DNA of 62,960 bases, counting the filler, from Chrysochromulina tobinii (Eukaryota): the NCBI GenBank assembly GCA_001275005.1. It is 4 parts of 4 records of this genome, joined end to end, with 100 filler letters (N's around TTAATTAATTAA, not from the genome) between each part and the next. Parts side by side here need not be neighbours in the genome. Positions count along the whole stretch, not along the records: positions 48,106 to 62,960 come from JWZX01001016.1; 3 more parts are not named here. The stretch is one strand, 5' to 3'. The translations under genes were made by a program, and so were the position numbers. A model generated the notes under the pieces. It did no database searches and had not been told where the DNA came from. It saw nothing but the letters and a program-made list of their open reading frames with translations. Of the stretch, positions 55,495-62,960 are shown one piece after another (the stretch's first letter is position 1; each line of letters opens with the position of its first letter).

Positions 55495-58400
55495 ATGCTG
55501 TACACGAAGTCTGCCCTCGAGGCGCATGCGGACAAGGCGGCCATTGAGACGGCGTGGGACCCGCGCAAGCCCGGCTTCTACTTTTTGACCCGCGCCGCCG
55601 TGCTGGACCTGACCGCCTCGCAGCTGCAGCGTATGCAGGAGATGCGCGACTCGAAGCTGCTCGTGAAGGTGCTCATCGACCTGAACGACGCCTTCCAGGG
55701 CAAGGGGCTGATCGAGAGCGTCCTCTTCGTCAGCCACAGGTGGGAAGACCCCGCGACGCCAGACGAGACCGGCGCGCAGCTGGCGGCGATCAAGGCGCAC
55801 CTGCTCGACCACCCCGAGATCCAGTTCGTCTGGTTCGACTACTCGTGCATGCCACAACGCTCGAGCGGCTTATCGCCGGATCAGGACGACCGCACGCCCG
55901 CGGAGAAGGCCGAGTTCGACCTCATGCTCAAATCGATCGCCGACCTCTACCTGACGGCCAAGGTGCTGATCCTGCTCGACACCATGTACCGCACGCGGTT
56001 CTGGACGACGATGGAGGGCTGGTGCGCGATGCAGAAGGTGACGCCGCAGGGCGTGCGCCCGGCAAGGGCGGGCGAGTCGCGTGTCACCGTCGTGTGCATC
56101 CACAACGCGACGCAGCACGACGAACGGGCCCTGCTGGAGATGTCGACCAAGACGGCGGAGGAGATCACCAAGTTCCTCGCGTCGCCCGACGTGGCGGTGA
56201 CGAACAAGAAGGACAAGACGACGATGCTGCCGATCGTCGGCAAGACCGACGAGCGCGTCCGGGAGATGATGAGCGGCATGCACAGCGTGATCCCAGAGTC
56301 GCACGAGGAAGAGCTGCGAGAGGACGACAACCCGATAACGCTCTTCATCGACTCTGCACGCGAGAGGGTGGGGAGCTTGTTTGGAATCACCCCCTTGGTC
56401 ATGGAGCGCGAGGGTGCGACGACAGGAAACGCCGCTGCCTCCGAGCTGCATGTGCAGATCCCCGTGCGCGCGAGCAGCGCGCCCGAGCCCTTCTACCAGG
56501 GATTCCACCCGGGCATCACGTGCGGCCGTTCGGGCATGAACCCGATTGTGGGCATGCGCTTCCACCTGCGCGGCAGCGAACCATCGTCCGACCTGTGCCA
56601 GGCGGAGTACGATAAGCTGGACGACGCCGAGAATGGCCTGTACGAGGCGATTCCGCCGCCGCCGCCCGGGCTCAAGCTCGAGGGCGGCTCGCTGCCTGGC
56701 TACGCTGCCGACTACCCGGGCACGTACCGTCTCGCCGACGGCAAGCTTGTCAACGGCCGGCCCGCGTATCAGCACACGACTGATGCAACTCTCTGGATAG
56801 CGTTCGATGGAGTTGATAGCTGGATGGGGCAGCCTGAGTCGCTACTTGGTGAGAAGAAGGGCTTCCTAGGCCTACGAGACCGAGCTGCAGCTTCGCCCGA
56901 CGTGAGCGCTAAGACATGGAAAGCGAGCGGTGGTGCAGGCGCTGGTTGGGTTGAGGCGCCGCAGCTCAAGTGCACCGCTTGGACGCCGCCGCCGCTGCCG
57001 CCCGGGCTCAAGCTCGAGGGCGGCTCGCTGCGTGGCGTCGCGGCCAAATACATGGCGCTGCCCGGCGAAGCGGCCAAATACATGGGCGGGTACCGTCTCG
57101 TCGTCGGCAAGCTTGTCAACGGCCGGCCCGCGTATCAGCACACGAGCGATGCTACTCTCTGGATTACGTTCGCTGGAAATGGCTGGATTGGGCAGCCTGA
57201 GTCAGCACTTGGTGAGGAGAAGGGCAACCTGGACCTACGAGACCCAGCTGCAGCTTCGCCCGACGTGAGTGCTAAGACATGGATGGCGACCGCGGGCGGT
57301 GCAGACAATCCTTGGGTTGAGGCGCCGCAGCTCAAGTGCACCGCTTGGACGCCGCCGGCGCTGCTGCACGGGCTCAAGCTTGAGGGAGGCTCGCTGCCTG
57401 GCGGCGCCGCCGAGTACATGGGCGGGTTCCGTCTCGCCGACGGCAAGCTTGTCAACGGCCGGCCCGCGTATCAGCACGTGACCGATGGATCGCGCTGGCT
57501 CGCCTTCGATGGAGCCATCTGGCGTGGGCAAACCGTGGCCGACCTTGGTCAGAAGCGGGGCGTTCTACAACTCCCGGATGAAGCTGCTGCCACCCCGGAT
57601 GCGAGTGCTGCGCCGTGGCTCTGTGGTTGGGCACCGCAGCCGCAGCTCCAGTGCATCCCTTGGACGCCGCCGCCGCTGTCGCCCGGGCTCAAGCTCGAGG
57701 GCGGCTCGCTGGCCGGCGCCGCGGCCGAGTACATGGGCGGGTACCGTCTCGACCGCAGCAGGCCTGTCAACGGCCGACCCGCGTATCAGCACATGGCCCA
57801 TCTCACGCGCTGGCTCGCGTTCGATGGAGCCATCTGGCGTGGGCAGCCCGAGGCCGACCTTGGCAAGAAGCGGGGCGTTCTGCAGCTCCCAGACACAGCC
57901 GCTCTCACCCCGGATGCGAGTGCTGCGACGTGGCTCGCGGAGACGGGCTCTGGTTTGGCTGCGCAGCCTCAGCTCAAGTGCATCCCTTGCATCCCGCCGC
58001 CGCCGCCCGGGCTCAAGCTCGAGGGCGGCTCGCTGGGAGGCGGCGCGTCCGAGTACATGGGCGGGTACAGTCTCTACAGCGGCAAGCTCGTCAACGGCCG
58101 ACCCGCGTGGCGGCACACTACGCATTTCACGTGTTGGCTCGCGTTCGATGGAGCCATCTGGCGCGGGCAGCCCGAGGCCGACCTTGGTCAGAAGCGAGGC
58201 TTTCTGCAGCTCCCAGACGCAGGCGCTCTCACCCCGGATGCGAGTGCTGCGACGTGGCTCGCGGAGACGGGCTCTGGTTTGGCTGCGCAGCCGCAGCTCA
58301 AGTGCATCCCTTGCATCCCGCCGCCGCCGCCCGGGCTCAAGCTCGAGGGCGGCTCGCTGGGAGGCGGCGCGTCCGAGTACATGGGCGGGTACCGTCTCGC

Positions 58401-59385
58401 CGACGGCAAGCTTGTCAACGGCCGACCCGCGTATCAGCAAATGACTCTGGGATCGAGCTGGGCGGCTGATGGATCGCGGTGGATCGCGTTCAATGGAAAA
58501 GATAGCTGGATTGGGCAGTCTGAGGCTGACCTTGGTAAGGGGAATGGTATACTGTTGCTACTAGACGCAGCTGCTGCGACGCCCGACGTGAGCACTAAGA
58601 CGTGGAAGGCGTGGGCGGGAGCGACGGGCTCTGGTTGGGTTGAGGAGCCGCCCCTCAAGTGCATCCCTTGGACTCCTTCGCCGCCTCCGCTGTCGCCCGG
58701 ACTCAAGCTCGAGGGCGGCTCGCTGCCCGGCGCAGCGGCCGAGTACATGGGTGAGTACCGGCTCGTCGTAGACGACCGAGTCGGGTGGCCGCCCCAAGCG
58801 GTCAAGGCTGGCTGGCCAGGCAACCACATGCTTGTGAACGGCCGACCCGCGTGGCGGCACACGACGCATCTCAAGTGCTGGCTCGCGTTCGATGGAGCCA
58901 TCTGGCGCGGGCAGCCCGAGGCCTCACTTGGTCAGAAGCGGGGCTTTCTGCAGCTCCCAGACGCAGGCGCTCTCACCCCGGATGCGAGTGCTGCGACGTG
59001 GCTCGCGGCCGGCGGCCCGGGCTCTGCGGGGGCTGCGCAGCCGCAGCTCAAGTGCATCCCTTGTGCTGCACCGGAGTTGTCCCAAGTCGAGCTCAAGGAG
59101 CTCCCGGTCAAGCACTTTCGCGGCCCCTGCGCCGACTGCTGCAAGCCGCTGGCGCCGTGCTGCTGCGTCTCGGCGGACGGCGAGGCGATCTTTGGCTGCG
59201 TGCCCACGGAGCCGGGCTACATTCTGCCGGCGTGCCTCCACATGGCCTTGTGCCCGCAGCTGGGGTGCGATCCAAAGGGGGGCTTCTTGCAACTCGATTG
59301 CAGGGAATTCTGCTTTTACACTTTGCTTCCCTTTGTTTGCTGCTGTCAAATTTTTGCACCACCTCGCTTCTCTTTTTTTTGGTAG
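55495..59385 (+). CDS. HET/TIR-like domain + degenerate ZZ finger + seven ~105-122-aa repeats + Cys-rich C-terminal module
   Basis: HET-like FVSHRW, VWFDYSCMPQ and YRTRFWTTME; ZZ-like HPGITCGRSGMNPIVGMRFH...DLCQAEY; GLKLEGGSL repeat starts at 56668, 57004, 57370, 57685, 58009, 58333 and 58699; tail CADCCKPLAPCCC. Confidence 0.8.
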   Translation: MLYTKSALEAHADKAAIETAWDPRKPGFYFLTRAAVLDLTASQLQRMQEMRDSKLLVKVLIDLNDAFQGKGLIESVLFVSHRWEDPATPDETGAQLAAIKAHLLDHPEIQFVWFDYSCMPQRSSGLSPDQDDRTPAEKAEFDLMLKSIADLYLTAKVLILLDTMYRTRFWTTMEGWCAMQKVTPQGVRPARAGESRVTVVCIHNATQHDERALLEMSTKTAEEITKFLASPDVAVTNKKDKTTMLPIVGKTDERVREMMSGMHSVIPESHEEELREDDNPITLFIDSARERVGSLFGITPLVMEREGATTGNAAASELHVQIPVRASSAPEPFYQGFHPGITCGRSGMNPIVGMRFHLRGSEPSSDLCQAEYDKLDDAENGLYEAIPPPPPGLKLEGGSLPGYAADYPGTYRLADGKLVNGRPAYQHTTDATLWIAFDGVDSWMGQPESLLGEKKGFLGLRDRAAASPDVSAKTWKASGGAGAGWVEAPQLKCTAWTPPPLPPGLKLEGGSLRGVAAKYMALPGEAAKYMGGYRLVVGKLVNGRPAYQHTSDATLWITFAGNGWIGQPESALGEEKGNLDLRDPAAASPDVSAKTWMATAGGADNPWVEAPQLKCTAWTPPALLHGLKLEGGSLPGGAAEYMGGFRLADGKLVNGRPAYQHVTDGSRWLAFDGAIWRGQTVADLGQKRGVLQLPDEAAATPDASAAPWLCGWAPQPQLQCIPWTPPPLSPGLKLEGGSLAGAAAEYMGGYRLDRSRPVNGRPAYQHMAHLTRWLAFDGAIWRGQPEADLGKKRGVLQLPDTAALTPDASAATWLAETGSGLAAQPQLKCIPCIPPPPPGLKLEGGSLGGGASEYMGGYSLYSGKLVNGRPAWRHTTHFTCWLAFDGAIWRGQPEADLGQKRGFLQLPDAGALTPDASAATWLAETGSGLAAQPQLKCIPCIPPPPPGLKLEGGSLGGGASEYMGGYRLADGKLVNGRPAYQQMTLGSSWAADGSRWIAFNGKDSWIGQSEADLGKGNGILLLLDAAAATPDVSTKTWKAWAGATGSGWVEEPPLKCIPWTPSPPPLSPGLKLEGGSLPGAAAEYMGEYRLVVDDRVGWPPQAVKAGWPGNHMLVNGRPAWRHTTHLKCWLAFDGAIWRGQPEASLGQKRGFLQLPDAGALTPDASAATWLAAGGPGSAGAAQPQLKCIPCAAPELSQVELKELPVKHFRGPCADCCKPLAPCCCVSADGEAIFGCVPTEPGYILPACLHMALCPQLGCDPKGGFLQLDCREFCFYTLLPFVCCCQIFAPPRFSFFW

Positions 59386-59835
59386 CTCCCTGAAGGATTC
59401 GAACCCGCAGCCTTTCGCACCGCTCGGCTCGGCCCCCGCCCCGCGAGCCCCTCGTGTGCTCCCACCGCTGAGCGCCCCCCTGCCCCTCACGCCTGCTCCA
59501 CCCGGCTCGCTGCGCTCAGGGTCTGTTGCTGGGAGTTGAGATGTGGCAGCTCGACGTGGCGCTGCATGGATGATCCATGCAAGGCTTGCTGAAGTCGCTG
59601 CGAGCCTCCCTCGGACCAGCCGCAAGAAGCGTGCCTCTGCGGGGTTGCCTCTTCGGGGGGTGTCTTGTTCCCGCCGTGCATGCGACACCGCCGCTCAGCA
59701 TGTGTGACCTCACGCGGTGAGGCTCCGCGCGCACCGAGCGTCGCGTTCTGCATCGTGCAGGGCAGCGTGCTGCCCTTTGGCGATGCACCGTGCGTCTGCT
59801 TCAACGGCCGCGAGAACAGGGGCAGACGGCCCGTT
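59373..59835 (-). repeat. Dispersed repeat, copy 1, containing a tRNA-like segment (A box, B box, CCA, A-run)
   Basis: Minus strand reads GCTCAGCGGTGGGAGC...GGTTCGAATCCTTCAGGGAGCTACCAAAAAAAA. Homologous to 60726-60890 (direct) and about 61800-62462 (inverted). Confidence 0.65.
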
Positions 59836-60135
59836 TCGTTTCACGTACGTAGTACAAAATAGTACAATCTTTGTACGACATACACTCGCCTGACGCCTGT
59901 GGCGTGTTCGCCTCCGGCGACGAGTTGGAGGTTCCGCACTTAACAGCCAATTCACACCTCATTTTTCTCCAGTTTCTGCAAATGTCGGAGAGGGCGAGGA
60001 CGGCCGCGGCCAACGTGGGCCTGGCCACGGCGGGCTTGTTGCCTACGAACATGCTGGGGAGCGCGGTGCCGGGGCGCCTCGCCATGGGGCTGCCGCCGTC
60101 GGGGCCGGTGCAGCTCGGGGCCGGTGCAGCTCGGC

Positions 60136-60739
60136 TGTCGGGTCTTGCCTCTCCTCCACCGGATCTGGCCTCGCCTCCATCTCTGGATGTTGCGTCTCGT
60201 CCGCTGGGTCTAGCCTCTCCTCCACCGGATCTGGCCTCGCCTCCATCTCTGGATGTTGCGTCTCGTCCGCTGGGTCTAGCCTCTCCTCCACCGGATCTGG
60301 CCTTGCCTCCATCTCTGGATGTTGCGTCTCGTCCGCTGGGTCTTGCCTCTCATCCACCGGATCTTGCCTCTGCTTCATCCCTGGATGTTGCTTCTCCTGC
60401 ATCCGTGGATGCTGGGAGCCAATGCAGGTCGAGCGCTTTCGCGGCCCCTGCGCCGTCTGCTGCAAGCCACTGGCGCCGTGCTGCTGCGTCTCGGCGGACG
60501 GCGAGGCGATCTTTGGCTGCGTGCCCACGGAGCCGAACTACATTCTGCCGGCGTGCCTCCACATGGCCTTGTTCCCGCAGCTGGGGTGCGATCCGAAGGG
60601 GGGCGTCGAGAACTTTGGCGATGGTCGAAGGGGGGGCAAAAGGAGCATGGTTTGCAAGTGGCTGTGCCTCGTCAATTTGCTTGCCACTCTCTTTGTTTGC
60701 TTCCGCTTCCGCCGTAGTTTTGTTTTGGTGGCGCCCTGA
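60136..60739 (+). pseudogene. Partial paralogue: 60-bp (20-aa Ser/Cys) tandem repeats followed by the Cys-rich module
   Basis: 60435-60605 is nearly identical to 59116-59285. It is preceded in frame by (SAGSxLSSTGSGLASISGCCVS)-type repeats; no HET or GLKLEGG domains. Confidence 0.55.
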
Positions 60740-60924
60740 AGGATTTGAACCCGCAGCCTTTCGCACCGCTCGGCTCGGCCCCCGCCCCGCGCGCCCCTCG
60801 CGTGCTCCCACACCGCTGAGCGCCCCCCTGCCCCTCACGCCTGCTCCACCCGGCTCGCTGTGCTCAGGGTTTGTTGCTTGGAGGTGTGGCAAGTACTTCT
60901 GCGACGCCTAATCGGTACCTACAC

Positions 60925-61738
60925 ACAACGGGGCATTTAGGCATGGCTTTGAGGCTTAGAATTCCACGAGGGACTGCAATGATGTTGGATCCATGTCTAC
61001 AGTATACGGCTTCCGCGGGGAGAGAGCGATCGTCGGCGATCGAAAGGGTCTTGCTACGTGCTCGGTGTGACGGGCGGGAGGCGCGCGAACAGGTCTCTCG
61101 GCTCTCCCCACAAACTCAGTCTCGGGTGTTGCGATTCGATCATGATATTCATGTGGCCACGTCGCAGGCGTGGTAAGGCGTGGTATCCGGTATCTTCGTC
61201 GTCTGTGTGTATGGCTGTGTCGGTCTTCTCCGCATGCGCCTGGTCTTTGATTCTGGACAGTCGTAACTCGTGTGACTTAACACTTTTATGTCATGAGACC
61301 GTGACACATGTGACTCAGCAAACAGAAACACTCCACCGCCCCACGCCGGATGCGGGTGGTCGGAATTCAATGATTACACTCTTTACACCGACTCGCGACG
61401 GGACTGCGGAGCGCGGGCAGTAACAGTGCCGCGTAGCACCGGTCTGTCGCGTCTGTCGTGTTAAAGTTCACACTCTTGAGGTGCGTGCAGGTGCGTGAAA
61501 CGGGTACGAAGCGCAGTGGTCGGTTTCTCAGATCTCGCCTCTGAAACTCGTGACGGCTGTCCCTTACACTTGCTCCCCACCCCCGATAGTTCGAAAGTTT
61601 GTAGCGATACCCTTTCGATCGCCGACGATCGCTCTCTCCCCGCGGATGCCATCGTACCGGTAGACATGGATGCAAAATCACGGCAGTCTCTCGTGTGGCG
61701 TGTTCTAGGACTCACAGCCATGCCTCCTCGACCCGTTG
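60925..61738. repeat. Diverged inverted repeat, arms ~60925-61058 and ~61601-61738
   Basis: Core CCGCGGGGAGAGAGCGATCGTCGGCGATCGAAAGGGT and its exact reverse complement; the flanks also align. Confidence 0.85.
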
Positions 61739-61874
61739 GCCGTTTGTTGCGCACTCCGACGAACGAGAGCGAAGAGAGGCCCCAGGCGAGGCAGCATGTG
61801 CGGCGGAGACAGGGCGCCCTCTGCCCCTGTTCTCGCGGCCGTTGCAGCAGACGCACGGTGCATGGCCAAAAGCA

Positions 61875-62960
61875 TTACGCTGCCCTGCACGATGCAGAAC
61901 GCGACATTCGCTGCGCGGGGAGCTCACCGCGTGAGGTCGCGCATGCTGAGCGGCGGTGGCGCATGCACGGCGGGAACAAGACACCCCCGAAGAGGCAACG
62001 CCGCCGCTCACAGGGGGAAGCACGCTTCTCGCAGGTCCGAGGGAGGCTCGCAGCTACTTCGGCGGATCCATGCAGCGCCACGTCGAGTCGCCTCTTCTCC
62101 ACTCCCAGAACCAGACCCTGAGCGCAGCGAGCAGGGTGGAGCAGGCGTGAGGGGCAGAGGAGGCCGAGCTGAGCGGTGGGATCACACAAGGGGAGCGCGG
62201 GGCGGAGGCCGAGCCGAGCGTTGCAAAAGGCTGGGGGGTCGAGTCCCTCTCCCCGGGTACAACATGAAAGGCTGGGGGGGTCGAGTCCCTCTCCCCTGGT
62301 CCAAAAGGAAAGGTTGGGGAATCGAGTCCCTCTCCCCTGGTCCAAAAGGAAAGGCTGCGGGTACGAGTCCCTCTCCCCGGGTCCAAAAGGAAAGGTTCGG
62401 GGGGTCGAGTCCCTCTCCCCGGGTACAATCGCATGCTGGTTCGAATCTTTGAGGTGGTACCAACGTAAGTCGGTTTCTTGTTGAAAGGCGAAAGATTCAA
62501 CTTGCACGCAGCAAACAGCTTCGCTGGAGTCATCGCTGGTCGCCGCTGAATTTCCTTGAATGCAGCAAAGACCGAGAGTAGTCATCAAAGTGGTGACGTA
62601 CAGAACCTGGCGAGGACCTTCCCCTCCCAGTTTCTCGACGCTACCAAGTGGATCGCACCCCAGCTGCGGGCACAAGGCCATGTGGAGGCACGCCGGCAGA
62701 AAGTAGCTCCGCTCTGTGGGCACACAGCCAAAGATCGCCTCGCCGTCCGCCGAGACGCAGCAGCACGGCGCCAGAGGCTTGCAACGGTCGGCGCAGGGCC
62801 CGCGGAAGTTCTTGACTGAGACCTCTCGAGCGGCGGCTGCCCGAGCGCGACGCTCCTCTTTAGCGCGAAGTGCTGCGGCCGCCTGCGCGGCCGATAATTC
62901 AGCGGCGGTTGCAATGGTGCACTTGAGTGCTGGCTGTGAAGCCCACGCAGAGCCCGAACC
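61875..62960 (-). CDS. Convergent paralogue of the 55495 gene (5'-partial; true stop uncertain)
   Basis: From 62960 the frame reads GSGSAWASQPALKC (end of the repeat domain)...NFRGPCADRCKPLAPCCCVSADGEAIFGCVPTE...CPQLGCDP. Confidence 0.7.
   Translation of the reverse strand, partial: GSGSAWASQPALKCTIATAAELSAAQAAAALRAKEERRARAAAAREVSVKNFRGPCADRCKPLAPCCCVSADGEAIFGCVPTERSYFLPACLHMALCPQLGCDPLGSVEKLGGEGPRQVLYVTTLMTTLGLCCIQGNSAATSDDSSEAVCCVQVESFAFQQETDLRWYHLKDSNQHAIVPGERDSTPRTFPFGPGERDSYPQPFLLDQGRGTRFPNLSFWTRGEGLDPPSLSCCTRGEGLDPPAFCNARLGLRPALPLCDPTAQLGLLCPSRLLHPARCAQGLVLGVEKRRLDVALHGSAEVAASLPRTCEKRASPCERRRCLFGGVLFPPCMRHRRSACATSRGELPAQRMSRSASCRAA
62226..62462 (+). repeat. Five ~41-bp units resembling a tRNA T-arm + 3' end, then a final GGTTCGAATC...ACCA
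   Basis: Units of the form AAAGG(N8-9)(T/A)CGAGTCCCTCTCCCC(G/T)GGT(A/C)CAA start at 62226, 62267, 62309, 62350 and 62391. Confidence 0.85.

Noticed and set aside
59380..59480. Functional tRNA gene
   Set aside because: No anticodon arm, and the acceptor strands do not pair.
62226..62435. Mini-CRISPR
   Set aside because: The variable parts are only 8-9 nt and resemble each other.
59100..62960. Diversity-generating retroelement
   Set aside because: No reverse transcriptase in the window, and no clean TR/VR pair with adenine-specific differences could be established by eye.

Overview
GC-rich, gene-dense eukaryotic nuclear DNA with short GT-AG and GC-AG spliceosomal introns. Gene content and intron style suggest a haptophyte alga such as Chrysochromulina (inference). 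The window is four contigs joined by artificial 100-nt spacers (N-run / TTAATTAATTAA / N-run), so adjacency across the joins is not evidence. About 23 genes are visible, mostly with 0-2 introns. They include RNR R2, an SGNH-like protein, a 10-EF-hand protein, PRCC, a GH27 alpha-galactosidase, GME, an IP3-receptor N-terminus, CNOT11, RPS27, a macro-domain protein, NECAP, PRPF31, monomeric IDH, a TPR protein and an RCC1-like protein, plus a 4.6-kb satellite with a 127-bp unit. Four things stand out. (1) A gene missed by the ORF track (54265->48297, minus) splices into a probably plastid-targeted ViaA(VWA)-RavA(MoxR AAA+) fusion. (2) Its 14 introns are mostly built from duplicated exon/splice-site sequence plus a shared CTGATTG/CTAATTG/CTCATCAG vocabulary, which looks like intron creation in progress. 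(3) A HET/TIR-like + ZZ-like + 7-repeat + Cys-rich protein sits in a tail-to-tail paralogue cluster, a candidate algal immune receptor family. (4) Antisense tRNA-like (A box, B box, CCA) elements follow each paralogue's variable C-terminus, and in one copy they are amplified into a 41-bp array.
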